NCBI GenBank assembly: GCA_963720465.1
Contig: OY970393.1
Location: 1,792,001-1,856,000, forward strand
Direction: 5' to 3'
Origin: Methanobacteriota archaeon
GTDB lineage: Archaea; Halobacteriota; Bog-38; Methanoflorentales; Methanoflorentaceae
DNA: 64,000 bases
The notes below the pieces were generated by a model. It was not told the DNA's origin. It searched no databases and worked only from the letters and a program-made list of their open reading frames with translations. Shown here in pieces: positions 19,209 to 29,450 of this stretch. Within the stretch, counting starts at the first letter, position 1. Every line of letters starts with the position of its first letter. The position numbers were made by a program, and so were the translations under genes.

Positions 19209-20399
19209 CTATGAGCCACTTTTCACAACCCCTAACTTGATCAGTGGCCTGATGAGCTTCAGCAAGCGAGGCGCCTTTGTACTCAACAGCAACTTGCGAA
19301 GAACGATCGACGGATGGTCCATATCACCGTACTTCGATATGATGTCCAACGTGCGCTCGTCGTCAAGAGCCCTTATCGTGTAGTTGAGATCATCGTCACT
19401 GAGCTTGTTAAATCCTTCACGGATGCGCAATCCCGTCTCGAGTTCGCGCCCGATCTCGGACCGCCACCGCGTGTCGTACGCCATCAGAGCATCCTTAGAA
19501 GTGTTCCCCTGTGCCGCTGCCTCGGCCGCCACGGTCCCTGCTATTTTGGCGCATAACGTCCCGGGATAGATCCCCCCGCCGCTTGTTGGTTTGACTTGGC
19601 CGGCGGCATCTCCAACGATCAAGGTGCCGGCCGCGACCGTGCAGGGTGGCGGCCCAAGCGGTATGCCCCCTACAGCGAAGTGTAGGAGCGAGGGCGCGGA
19701 GCGCGACGAAAGCCGTTTTATCAGCGGGCCGAGTCGGTCGAGTGACCGTTCAGTCGAGCAGAGTCCGATTCTTACTGTGTCCCATCGCGTCGGTATTGCC
19801 CAGGCAAAAAAGCCAGGCGCTACTTCCTGCCCCAAGTACAGGTCGACGAAACCGGAAAGCGCTACGTCGGCGTAGACTTCCGCTTGCGCACACGTGAACA
19901 CCGTTTGCACTCGTTCTAATCCTACAAGCCTCCCCACGGCGCTTTGCAGTCCGTCGGCTCCGATCACCACGCGAGTCCGTATTTCCATCGGTTCGCCCTG
20001 ACTGAGTGTGGCGATGATGACGTCGCCTCCATGACGTCGCAAACTGCTGAATCGCGTTTTGACAAGCGAGGCAACCCCCGATTTGAGTGCCTCCAAGGCC
20101 ATCGCTCGATCAAGCTCTCCTCGGTCGACGACGTAGGCCATCGTTCGCTTGCCGTCGACCGTCAGGACACGCCCGTCTGGGGCGTGGATATTAGCGCCGC
20201 GGATGGCGTGCCTGTTGAGCGTTTCGGGCACTTCGCACCCTTCAAACGCGCGCGTGCTGATTAGTCCCGCACACTGTACCGGTTGGCCTATGGTCGCGTG
20301 CTCTTCGATCATAAGCACGCGGGCACCAGCTTTTGCGGCGTACTTTGCAGCCATTGAGCCTGCGGGACCTGCGCCGACCACGACGACATCGTATTCCAT
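19209..20399 (-). CDS. Geranylgeranyl reductase family FAD oxidoreductase
   Basis: VVGAGPAGS, PVQCAG, GFFAWAIP, VGDAAGQVKPTSGGGI. Confidence 0.9.
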   Translation of the reverse strand: MEYDVVVVGAGPAGSMAAKYAAKAGARVLMIEEHATIGQPVQCAGLISTRAFEGCEVPETLNRHAIRGANIHAPDGRVLTVDGKRTMAYVVDRGELDRAMALEALKSGVASLVKTRFSSLRRHGGDVIIATLSQGEPMEIRTRVVIGADGLQSAVGRLVGLERVQTVFTCAQAEVYADVALSGFVDLYLGQEVAPGFFAWAIPTRWDTVRIGLCSTERSLDRLGPLIKRLSSRSAPSLLHFAVGGIPLGPPPCTVAAGTLIVGDAAGQVKPTSGGGIYPGTLCAKIAGTVAAEAAAQGNTSKDALMAYDTRWRSEIGRELETGLRIREGFNKLSDDDLNYTIRALDDERTLDIISKYGDMDHPSIVLRKLLLSTKAPRLLKLIRPLIKLGVVKSGS

Positions 20400-20498
20400 G
20401 TTCGTAAGCGCTTACGAGTTTACTATTTATATACTAAACCAGTATTAGGCTCTCGTGTCAGAACGCACACGCGAATCGATCGCGTGAGGGAAGCACGC

Positions 20499-20843
20499 AT
20501 GGAGTATAAGCAGTGCCTCATTATCAGATCAGACCTCCGCTTGACCGCGGGAAAAGCGGCTGTTCAGCTCGCCCACGCTGCCGTCTCCGCGTATGAGCGC
20601 TCGGATCCGGCCACAAAGCGTCGCTGGTTTAGTGAGGGGCAGAAAAAGGTCGCGCTCAAGGTTGCGACGCTTAGGGACATGTATGAGCTTAAGTCAATAG
20701 CTGAGGCGCGCGGCTTCATCACGGCACTCGTCGTCGACGCAGGGCTCACCGAAGTGCCGCCCGGAACCGTTACCGCCCTGGGTATTGGCCCGGCGAAGGA
20801 GGCGGAGCTAGATAAGGTGACGAGCGACCTTAAACTGCTCTAG
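20499..20843 (+). CDS. pth2: Peptidyl-tRNA hydrolase Pth2
   Basis: KQ..IIRSDL...GK.AVQ.AHA, DAGLTEV.PGT.T.LGIGP. Confidence 0.95.
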   Translation: MEYKQCLIIRSDLRLTAGKAAVQLAHAAVSAYERSDPATKRRWFSEGQKKVALKVATLRDMYELKSIAEARGFITALVVDAGLTEVPPGTVTALGIGPAKEAELDKVTSDLKLL

Positions 20844-20855
20844 CGGGCCAAGACG

Positions 20856-22151
20856 ATGACCGACGCCAAAGCAGTTCCAGAAAGCGACGTGACCGTAGGA
20901 ATGACGGTGTACCTGACGGCTTCTCGCGGCATCGGTGGGCGCATCCGTCAGCACGCTGAAGACTTTGTGGTCAATGAGGTCTACGCAGACCGCTTCACTT
21001 CGGAGGGCCGCTACCAGTTAATTAAAGTGACCAAGACGGACACAGAGACGCACTACATGGCACGTGAGCTCTCGCGGCGCTTGCACATAAGCCAGAGAAG
21101 GGTAAGCTGGGCAGGAACGAAGGATAAGCGCGCGGTGACGACGCAACGTATGAGCCTCGATTCGATTCTGCTTGCCGAGCCGCTCAGCTTTGGAACCGTC
21201 GTCGCTGAGCCCATAGGGCGATCAGACAGGCCGATCTCCCTGGGCGACCTCGACGGTAACGATTTTGTTATTACGGTCAGAGCCGTTCACGGGCATCAAA
21301 ATGACGTCGCCAGCGCTGTGGCGGGCGTCGTCGAGGAAACGTGCAATGCTCGCGGGCTTCCTAACTTCTTTGGCATTCAGCGCTTTGGATCAATCCGCCC
21401 CGTCAATCACGTCGTAGGCCGCGCGCTTGTTGATGGGGACCTTGAGCGGGCAGTGATGACGTACATCGCTCAACCGTTCCCCGATGAGCCTGACGACGTC
21501 AAAGCGGTGCGGCAATCGGTTGCGGAAACGTATGATTTCAAAGAGGCGCTCAAGCACATGCCTGTGCGGCTGCGCTATGAACGCGCGATGCTTAACCACC
21601 TTGCGAAATATCCTAATGACTTCGACGGCGCCCTTGGCATGCTCTCTACGAATCTGCAGAAACTTTTCGTTCACGCGTTCCAGTCGTATCTCTTCAATCA
21701 GATGCTGAGCAGTCGACTTGAGCGGGGGTTCCCGCTTGGGGTCGGATTTGACGGTGACCGTGTGTGGGCGCCAGACAGGGAGCGCGTCAGAACAGTCGTT
21801 CCTAAGAACGTGCACGAGGTGAACCAGAGCCTGGCCGCAGGAACCGCCTCTGTTCAAATGCCGGTTCCGGGGTACGACACCGAGCTGTCAGACGGAGTCA
21901 TCGGTCAGATCGAGCGAGACGTTATTGCCTCTGCAGGCGTTGATCTTGACGCCTTCACTATCGAGAGCTGTCCGCGACTGGCATCTAAGGGCGTGATGCG
22001 TAACGTCCTCTTGCATGCAGATATCCGGTTTGACGTCGCCCCCGATGAGCTTGCGGAAGATCGGATGAAAGTCGAACTGAGATTCTTTCTCCCTAAAGGA
22101 GGCTATGCGACGACTGTGCTGCGCGAAGTCATGAAAACGAGGTTGGTTTGA
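20856..22151 (+). CDS. truD: tRNA pseudouridine(13) synthase TruD
   Basis: EDFVVNE, AGTKDKRAVTTQ, PNFFGIQRFG, FFLPKGGYAT. Confidence 0.95.
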   Translation: MTDAKAVPESDVTVGMTVYLTASRGIGGRIRQHAEDFVVNEVYADRFTSEGRYQLIKVTKTDTETHYMARELSRRLHISQRRVSWAGTKDKRAVTTQRMSLDSILLAEPLSFGTVVAEPIGRSDRPISLGDLDGNDFVITVRAVHGHQNDVASAVAGVVEETCNARGLPNFFGIQRFGSIRPVNHVVGRALVDGDLERAVMTYIAQPFPDEPDDVKAVRQSVAETYDFKEALKHMPVRLRYERAMLNHLAKYPNDFDGALGMLSTNLQKLFVHAFQSYLFNQMLSSRLERGFPLGVGFDGDRVWAPDRERVRTVVPKNVHEVNQSLAAGTASVQMPVPGYDTELSDGVIGQIERDVIASAGVDLDAFTIESCPRLASKGVMRNVLLHADIRFDVAPDELAEDRMKVELRFFLPKGGYATTVLREVMKTRLV

Positions 22152-22702
22152 TGCGCGTACGAACGCGTCTACTCATCGTAGTTTTGTGCGGCGTCGTCGC
22201 AGTGAGCATGCTGTCAGGGTGCGTTATGACGCAACCTGGCACGCCGACCAACACGAACTCGGTGACGACTGCAGCGCCAGGCAGCGCGGTCACAAACAGC
22301 AGCTCAGCGGCTAAAGCGTTGAAAGCACCGACCACCTACCGCGTAACGATAGGAAGCACAACAGTTTACGCAGAGGCGGCCGATACGTTTGCAGAGCGCG
22401 AAATGGGTCTTATGAATCGCACCTATTTGAATGAAGATGCCGGCATGCTGTTCATCTTCCCAACGCAACAACAGCAGAGTTTTTGGATGAAGAACATGCG
22501 CATCCCGCTCGATATCGTGTTTATCACGGCAGACAAGCGCGTGCTCGAGATTTACGCATCGGTGCCGCCGTGCACCAGCGATCCGTGTACGCTTTACACG
22601 TCTAGCGCGCCGATACAATACGTACTTGAAGTAAACTCAGGCTTTTGTGCTCGAAACGGGATCGTAAGCGGCGATCAGGTCATCATCGCTGCCGGGAGCT
22701 GA
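22148..22702 (+). CDS. DUF192-family putative lipoprotein
   Basis: Lipobox LSGC; GLMNR...GMLF...FWMKN..IPLDI.F; YVLEV. Confidence 0.85.
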   Translation: MMRVRTRLLIVVLCGVVAVSMLSGCVMTQPGTPTNTNSVTTAAPGSAVTNSSSAAKALKAPTTYRVTIGSTTVYAEAADTFAEREMGLMNRTYLNEDAGMLFIFPTQQQQSFWMKNMRIPLDIVFITADKRVLEIYASVPPCTSDPCTLYTSSAPIQYVLEVNSGFCARNGIVSGDQVIIAAGS

Positions 22703-23630
22703 GGGGTAGTTTGTAACGGTTGTCGATCGAGGTGCACTCTTCGCGAATCGGACAGAGGAAGCACGCAGGGGCAGTCGCATGACAAAACTCAAATCCATGT
22801 TGGATCAGAAGAAGGTGACTCCTGCCGGGGTGAGCGAGGTCGTGTTCGAGTGCCTCTTTGGCCAAGGCTTTTGACCTGTTGCTTCCACGAATCTCCTCCA
22901 CGTTAACGTCGAGACCACGCCGTATCGCGCCGCGTTCGATGAACCCGAGTCTTCGGGCAACCCGTTCGATGTGGGTGTCTACGGGAACGATTTCGTGTCC
23001 CGCGGCGTAGAGCAAGACACAATCAGCAGTTTTTGGGCCAACGCCGGGCAGAGAAAGCAGTACCTCTCGCGCAAGGCCCGGTTCATCATACACCCACGAC
23101 ATGTCCCCGTTCCACCGCTGCATAAGCTTGCGCGCGATGGAAATGAGGTAACCCGCCTTTCGGTGAGGCCCACATCGCTGCAGGGCGGGCACAAGCTCGT
23201 GCGGATGTGCCTCGCACAAGGTCTGAGGCGTGATCGATCCGAACCGTCTGGAAAGTTCGCAGAAGGCCGACCGTGCGCGCTCCGCGGTCTTATTCTGGGT
23301 GAGTAAGGTGAGCGTCAGGCACCTGAAGGGGTCCTGCCCGTTCATGAAGTATAATCCTGCAAAGACGTCTCTAAGCTTACGTATGCAGGGGTCGTGGCTT
23401 TTTAGTTGAAGAAGCGGCGTCCAATGCATGTCGTTAGGATGCACGCCCCCCATATCGAGGTCGGAGGCCAAAGGGCCTTTGAATGCGTGCGGACAGATCG
23501 TCTGCGTGACACCGTCAACGCGTCTCCGATAGCCGCTTGAGTTATTCACCCACTCTAGAGCGGGAATCTGAATAGTCATGGTGCGTGCAAGGTCGATGGG
23601 TGGGGTCATCGTAAATCGCATCTTAGACAC
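22683..23630 (-). CDS. HhH-GPD DNA glycosylase, endonuclease III-like, with 4Fe-4S motif
   Basis: LLTQN, LPGVGPKTAD, PVDTH, C-X6-C-X2-C-X5-C at the C-terminus. Confidence 0.85.
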   Translation of the reverse strand: MSKMRFTMTPPIDLARTMTIQIPALEWVNNSSGYRRRVDGVTQTICPHAFKGPLASDLDMGGVHPNDMHWTPLLQLKSHDPCIRKLRDVFAGLYFMNGQDPFRCLTLTLLTQNKTAERARSAFCELSRRFGSITPQTLCEAHPHELVPALQRCGPHRKAGYLISIARKLMQRWNGDMSWVYDEPGLAREVLLSLPGVGPKTADCVLLYAAGHEIVPVDTHIERVARRLGFIERGAIRRGLDVNVEEIRGSNRSKALAKEALEHDLAHPGRSHLLLIQHGFEFCHATAPACFLCPIREECTSIDNRYKLPLSSRQR

Positions 23631-23971
23631 CTCGGGGCCGCAAGTGAGTTTGCGCAGAGTTGGTCATGAAAATACATGGGTATATAGCATCTGCAAATCA
23701 TCTCAGTCGAAGCAGACGGTCCGGCGACGTGGCACGGAACCAAAAAACGCCCGTCGCCTTATCAGAGGGCAATGCGGCGTGCTGAACGGCACCAAACGGC
23801 AGGGATTCAGTGAATAGGTCGCTTGCACGCGGCGGATGCTTCATTTGCGCGCGGGGGGGCATAACTGTACACCCAAGCACGGCGTTCATGGTGCAATCAG
23901 CCGTCCTCAGACGTAATACTAAACTTTATCATACCGGACGCTTCAATACGCGACTGGAGGGCTAATCGGTA

Positions 23972-24925
23972 CTGGCTCAAGATCCCGCGTGGCGAGTGTT
24001 CGCCTATGAGCTTAACAAGTCGACGCTTCAGGTGAAAGAAGATGATGAGAGCGGTCCCTCTTATGTCATCTCCCCCACAGGTGCCAAGATCAACCGCATT
24101 TTTGTAGTTGGCGTACTCACCGAAGTGGAAAACGTTCGTTCGAGTGAAGACCTCTGGCGCGCACGCGTAGCCGACCCCACTGGGACCTTCACTGTGTATG
24201 CGGGGAAATATCAGCCTGAGGCAGCGGCGTTTCTTGCTCAGGCCGAGGTACCCCAGTTTGTCGCCGTCCTTGGAAGAGCGCGCCTCTATACTCGTGAGGA
24301 GACCTCATACGTGTCTATATGGTCGAAGGAAATCAATCCAACGACGGAAACGGCCCGCAACAGTTGGGTTATCACAACTGCCGAGCGAACGCTTGATAGA
24401 GTTGAGGCCCTTAAGATCGCCTTGAGCGCGGGATTACAGAGCAATACGCTGAGCACGAAGCTTCTCGAAAGCGACGTTAATGCCGAGCTCGCAGATGGAA
24501 TCACCCGTGCCGTGCTCTCATACAACGAATCGGACGTAATCGCTGATATCGTTCCAGTGATCGCATCGGCCATCGAGGCCGTTGTCGAAGCGCGCGAGTT
24601 CACGCCGGCAAACGTCGATCCGCAACGCGCCCGCGCGACGGACGACGCAGTAATCAGCGAAAGTGAGCAAGGGCACGAGCAAACAGACGAGGCGGCCACG
24701 ACACAGGAAGACTCCGTAGCGACGGCGGCGCTTGCGAAGAACAAGGAACACGTGCTGTTCAAGATGAACGAGCTTGATGCCGGTTCAGGCGTCCCGTACG
24801 ACCGTCTGATCGAGAGGCTTGAAGCACAAGGTCTTGACGAAGATGACGTCGAAGAAGCCGTGCAAGAACTGATGGAAGAAGGGAAGTGTTACGAGCCGAA
24901 AATCGGTATTCTCAAGTTAATTTGA
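23972..24925 (+). CDS. RPA-associated OB-fold protein with C-terminal winged helix; proposed CTG start at 23972 (track starts at GTG 23996)
   Basis: AWRVFAYE, PTGAKINRIFVVGVLTE, DPTGTF.VYAG.YQP, G.CYEP; SD GGAGG at 23956-23960. Confidence 0.8.
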   Translation: MAQDPAWRVFAYELNKSTLQVKEDDESGPSYVISPTGAKINRIFVVGVLTEVENVRSSEDLWRARVADPTGTFTVYAGKYQPEAAAFLAQAEVPQFVAVLGRARLYTREETSYVSIWSKEINPTTETARNSWVITTAERTLDRVEALKIALSAGLQSNTLSTKLLESDVNAELADGITRAVLSYNESDVIADIVPVIASAIEAVVEAREFTPANVDPQRARATDDAVISESEQGHEQTDEAATTQEDSVATAALAKNKEHVLFKMNELDAGSGVPYDRLIERLEAQGLDEDDVEEAVQELMEEGKCYEPKIGILKLI

Positions 24926-25138
24926 CCTTCTAAGCGGACGAGCCGCGACAAGTTCTTTCATAAATAGCCTTTGTCCGATGGCAGACAGCAGCTCGTCTCT
25001 CTCGTTGGAGTCGTTTTTCGATAAATAGTCAGGGCTCTAGATGCGGGTTGGTTTTGAAAAACGCGTGCCGTGAACAGATCCATAGCACGCCAATGTGTAA
25101 GCTCGTCCGCGTCGCTTGCGACTATCCCTTTAATGACA

Positions 25139-25477
25139 TCAGTAGCGCTGCCACTTTTCGGTTTGACGCCTCTCAGGGATGTGTTCGGGGACTGTTTTTA
25201 GCCCCGTGGCGCACGCTTCACTCACATACAAGCCACAATAACACGCGCCGTATTCGGCAACATCTGGGTCACAGTAAACGCAGGGGCATATGATGTCCTT
25301 GTCCCACTCCTTGTCGTTTGCAGCCATTCGACAAGGACAAGAGTGGTACCCATACCGCTCCTTGTTCGTCAGTATTCCATCAACAAGGGCATTCACAATG
25401 TCCTTGTTGGGGTTTAGGTAGCGTCCCTTGCGTGGCGCGGCCGTGGTTATCGCTGCGAGGTATTGTTCGCGATCCAT
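25139..25477 (-). CDS. Ferredoxin-thioredoxin reductase catalytic subunit-like protein
   Basis: CPC...CPC...CYC motifs; start set at MDRE after SD GAGGTG. Confidence 0.9.
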   Translation of the reverse strand: MDREQYLAAITTAAPRKGRYLNPNKDIVNALVDGILTNKERYGYHSCPCRMAANDKEWDKDIICPCVYCDPDVAEYGACYCGLYVSEACATGLKTVPEHIPERRQTEKWQRY

Positions 25478-25633
25478 ACACGTTCTTATCACCTCTCTCA
25501 TTCTTTAATCTTGCTTTGGAACGTTTTCCCTGACGTCGGTCAGCGATGCTAACTAAAGAAGCCGATTGTGCGGGACGTCGCGCCGGAAAAGTCGAGAAGC
25601 GTAGCCGGAGCTCTGCTCGCACGTCTTGGCGAG

Positions 25634-26539
25634 TTAGACAAACTTTTTGAACATCATTGCGTGGAGTTGACTGATGCCGAGATGCTTGGATATAAGTGCA
25701 ATATCGTTTCCTGTGACCGCCCGGGCCTTAGAGGGCGGCAGCGCCTTTGCTCTGCGTGCGTAGATCGTGCCTCCTCGTTTGTTGGCCCCCAGATAGCCCT
25801 GAGGCGTGCCTCCTATCAGGAGAACGCCCGATTTCATGTCGATTCCGGCGAACGCATCTGTGTCCCCGTGTATAATCACCGTCCCCCCATTAAGAAGAGC
25901 TCCTGAGTTCATGCCTGCGGTGCCAGTCACGATCACTGTCCCAAGCCGCATGAGAATGCCGGTGCTCAAGTCAACGTCTCCTTCAACGCAAATTCGTGCG
26001 TCACACGCGCAGCGTGCGCCAACGGTGTCTCGCACAAGTGCATCGGACACGGTGAGCTGTTTGCCCGATAGAACGTTAGGGGGTACAAGCGTATCGCCAC
26101 GGAGGCCGTTGCACACTACATCGGTGATCGATCGATACTTCCGGTACCCGCTCCGATCAGACACGACCTCAATGACGTTGCCGATCGGTACCTTTACGGC
26201 CCCAGCCACGTACACCACTCCAGCGGTCATACTGATTCCCATGCGCGTGTCAACGTCGCCATCGACAATCACGTCTCCCACCCGGATGGTGCCGCCAGCG
26301 CCCGAGAAGAAGTGCAAGTCGACGCCGAAGCTTGAACACAACCGATGTCCGACGTCTCCGCTGACGTAGACATCATCACCACGTTTTAGCGCCTCAACGA
26401 CGTCGCGATAGGTGTATCCGCTCCCTTCTTGGTGCGGGATCCGGTCGCTGGGCTTCAGCATCGAGCCTCGATGCTGCCAATAAAAGTTGTATGTGAAATC
26501 TGCTATGCAATCGACGGGTGCGCTTAACTCGAGCTCCAT
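25634..26539 (-). CDS. FwdC/GltB-C-terminal-like GXGXG beta-helix protein
   Basis: Repeated G..M..G...V.G motifs (GISMTAG, GILMRLG, GIDMKSG). Confidence 0.75.
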   Translation of the reverse strand: MELELSAPVDCIADFTYNFYWQHRGSMLKPSDRIPHQEGSGYTYRDVVEALKRGDDVYVSGDVGHRLCSSFGVDLHFFSGAGGTIRVGDVIVDGDVDTRMGISMTAGVVYVAGAVKVPIGNVIEVVSDRSGYRKYRSITDVVCNGLRGDTLVPPNVLSGKQLTVSDALVRDTVGARCACDARICVEGDVDLSTGILMRLGTVIVTGTAGMNSGALLNGGTVIIHGDTDAFAGIDMKSGVLLIGGTPQGYLGANKRGGTIYARRAKALPPSKARAVTGNDIALISKHLGISQLHAMMFKKFV

Positions 26540-26570
26540 TACAAAGCCATGGTGTGCGCGTCAGAAAACG

Positions 26571-27038
26571 CTATCGAAAAGGCCTGCGTTCGACGGTTAG
26601 CGAGTCGCCCCCGCGAAGTACGACGTGTCCTTCGACCGAGCTAACTTCGAGTCCGTTCAGTCCTAGAGAGCCGCAAAGTACGTCCTGTTCAGGATGCGTC
26701 CCTTTTTGGATATCACAGCGCAAGACCGTGCGCTTTCCTACCGATGCCACGACCTTGAGCCGCGCTGATGCGGGATGATGTTTGGGAAGTACGATGAGGG
26801 GTGAACCAGAGTCCCGGATGAGAGCGAGGGTGCAAATAATTGCGTTAGTAGTCGTACGATCGTTGCTGAAACCCGATGCGACGAGAAGATCTTCGGGGTC
26901 AACGGTCATTACGATCTCGTCGTCTACCGTCTCGATGAAGAGCTGCCGGGCGGCTCCTGACTTCACGACGCCGATCACACCGTCAGCACTGCGCACAAAC
27001 AAGATTTCGTTGGCGTCGAGCGATATGCGCTGTTCCAT
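26571..27038 (-). CDS. Hypothetical protein upstream of the FwdC-like gene
   Basis: 155-aa ORF with GTHPEQDVLC segment; co-oriented. Confidence 0.7.
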   Translation of the reverse strand: MEQRISLDANEILFVRSADGVIGVVKSGAARQLFIETVDDEIVMTVDPEDLLVASGFSNDRTTTNAIICTLALIRDSGSPLIVLPKHHPASARLKVVASVGKRTVLRCDIQKGTHPEQDVLCGSLGLNGLEVSSVEGHVVLRGGDSLTVERRPFR

Positions 27039-27109
27039 GCTGGCGCTCTTGATAGTCTAAAACCACTAGTAAGAAAAGGGACTCACGAAAGGCTTCGCAG
27101 TGCTAGGTG

Positions 27110-27268
27110 CTACGCTTGAAGCTCTGTTATGTCTTCCGATTGGCAGGATGGGCACATCGGGTTCTTGCCTATGCCCTTGAACTTCGACCCGCACTCCTTG
27201 CAAGCGTATTGTTTCGCTTCGAGTCGTTTTATGTCTTCGTTTCCAAACGGGCCACCGACCGTACACAT
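27110..27268 (-). CDS. 52-aa zinc-ribbon microprotein (below the track length cutoff)
   Basis: MCTVGGPFGNEDIKRLEAKQYACKECGSKFKGIGKNPMCPSCQSEDITELQA; two CxxC; SD GGAG. Confidence 0.8.
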   Translation of the reverse strand: MCTVGGPFGNEDIKRLEAKQYACKECGSKFKGIGKNPMCPSCQSEDITELQA

Positions 27269-27482
27269 GGTGAACTCTCCTTAGTACAAGTATGCTCTTG
27301 AGTGCGTATAAGGGTTTCCTTCGGATGCCGAACTAGTTTCATTTGCTTTAAGACAAGGTTATATGCGGTCAGAGGGAAAAAACATGGTAGCGCCGCTAGC
27401 TTGGAGTATCCCTCTGTCGTCCAATATAGCTTGTAAATAATAATTTAGTTTATATTAAATTAAGTCCACATCCAGTACGATA

Positions 27483-29450
27483 ATGTCTCAACCCAGGTTC
27501 ACCCTAAGTTCATCGTTCAAGCCGACCGGAGATCAGCCTAAGGCAATCGCGGAGCTCGTCAACGGTATTAACGGAGGAGAGAAGCACCAGACGCTCCTCG
27601 GCGTCACGGGCTCAGGAAAGACGTTCACAGTCGCGAACGTGATTGCGCACGTGCAAAAGCCCACACTCGTCATCGCGCACAACAAGACGTTAGCCGCACA
27701 GCTCTATAAGGAGTTCAGGGAGTTCTTCCCGCAAAACGCGGTTGAGTACTTCGTGAGCTACTACGATTATTATCGCCCTGAGGCATACATCCCGCACACC
27801 GACGTCTACGTGGCAAAGGAGTCATCCATTAACGACGAGATTGACCGGCTCCGGCATTCGGCTACCAAGTCGCTGCTGACGCGGCGTGACACCATTGTCG
27901 TTGCAAGCGTTTCGTGCATATTCGGCATCGGCTCTCCTGACGACTACCAGGAGTCTGTGCTCTCATTGCAGGTGGGCGAGACCGTCAAACGGAGCGAGAT
28001 TTTGCGCAAGCTCACCTCCATGCAGTATGAGCGTAACGACATTGACTTCTTCCGCGGGAAGTTTCGCGTGCGAGGCGACACCGTTGAGGTGTTTCCCGCT
28101 TACGGAAACACCGCATATCGCGTCGCGCTCTGGGGCGATAAGATCGAGGGACTCTACGAGTTTAATCCTGTCAACGGAAGAAAGACGGCAGCGTTTGATT
28201 TTCTCCCCATCTACCCGGCGACGCACTTCATCACCAACCGCGCGAGGTACACCGAGGCATTACACTCGATAAAGCGTGAGCTCACTGAGCGTTTGGAGTA
28301 CTTGCGCGGCCAGGACAAGTTGCTTGAGGCCCAACGCCTTGAGCAGCGCACAAAATACGACCTTGAGATGTTGCGTGAGGTTGGATATTGCAGCGGAATC
28401 GAGAATTATAGCCGTCACCTCAGCGGGCGCGCTTCTGGGGAGGCGCCCACGACACTCATCGATTATTTCCCAGACGACTTCCTCCTCGTCATTGATGAGT
28501 CACACGTGACGATCCCCCAGCTAGTCGGCATGTACGCGGGGGACCGCTCCCGGAAAGACAACCTCGTAGAGCACGGATTCCGTCTCCCTTCAGCGTACGA
28601 CAATCGTCCGCTCACCTTCGGCGAGTTTGAGAACCGAGTTCACCAGGTTATCTACGTATCGGCCACTCCTGGACCGTATGAACTGGCGAAATGCGAGTAC
28701 GCAGTCGAGCAGATTATTCGTCCTACGGGCTTGGTCGACCCGGCCGTGGATGTTCGCCCCGCTGAGAAGCAAGTCGACGATCTGATCGCAGAAATTCGAA
28801 AGCGACCGAGCGAGCGCGTGTTGGTGACGACATTGACGAAGAGGATGGCTGAGGATCTTTCCGAGCACCTTCACGAGATCGGAATCAAGGTGCAGTACCT
28901 TCACTCAGACATAAGCACACTTGATCGGGTCGACATCCTGTACGACTTACGACGCGGCGCGTTCGACGTCCTTGTCGGTATTAACCTCCTTCGAGAGGGC
29001 ATCGACCTTCCCGAGGTCACCCTCATGGCCATACTCGATGCGGACAAAGAGGGCTTTCTGCGCTCTGAACGGTCGCTCATTCAGACAATCGGCCGAGTCG
29101 CTCGAAACGTCAACGGGAGCGTTATCATGTACGCAGACGTTACCACCGACTCAATGAGGCGTGCGATAGGGGAGAACAACCGTCGGCGTGCGCTACAGCT
29201 CGCGCACAACGAGCGGCACGGGATCACCCCGCAGACTATCGTCAAGCCGATCGAGGAGCTTGTCGAGCGTCGTCGGCCGGGGCTGGTAGCCGATGAAGAA
29301 CCCCCTACACCCATCGTCCCAGAGGAACTCGAAGAGACGATCGCAGGATTGCAAGCAGAGATGCAGCGAGCGTCGCGCGGACTTGAGTTCGAGCGGGCAG
29401 CGCTCATTCGCGACATGATTCGATCACTCGAGGGGGGGGGCGTAGCGTGA
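27483..29450 (+). CDS. uvrB: Excinuclease ABC subunit B
   Basis: [34 protein letters not shown]. Confidence 0.98.
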   Translation: MSQPRFTLSSSFKPTGDQPKAIAELVNGINGGEKHQTLLGVTGSGKTFTVANVIAHVQKPTLVIAHNKTLAAQLYKEFREFFPQNAVEYFVSYYDYYRPEAYIPHTDVYVAKESSINDEIDRLRHSATKSLLTRRDTIVVASVSCIFGIGSPDDYQESVLSLQVGETVKRSEILRKLTSMQYERNDIDFFRGKFRVRGDTVEVFPAYGNTAYRVALWGDKIEGLYEFNPVNGRKTAAFDFLPIYPATHFITNRARYTEALHSIKRELTERLEYLRGQDKLLEAQRLEQRTKYDLEMLREVGYCSGIENYSRHLSGRASGEAPTTLIDYFPDDFLLVIDESHVTIPQLVGMYAGDRSRKDNLVEHGFRLPSAYDNRPLTFGEFENRVHQVIYVSATPGPYELAKCEYAVEQIIRPTGLVDPAVDVRPAEKQVDDLIAEIRKRPSERVLVTTLTKRMAEDLSEHLHEIGIKVQYLHSDISTLDRVDILYDLRRGAFDVLVGINLLREGIDLPEVTLMAILDADKEGFLRSERSLIQTIGRVARNVNGSVIMYADVTTDSMRRAIGENNRRRALQLAHNERHGITPQTIVKPIEELVERRRPGLVADEEPPTPIVPEELEETIAGLQAEMQRASRGLEFERAALIRDMIRSLEGGGVA

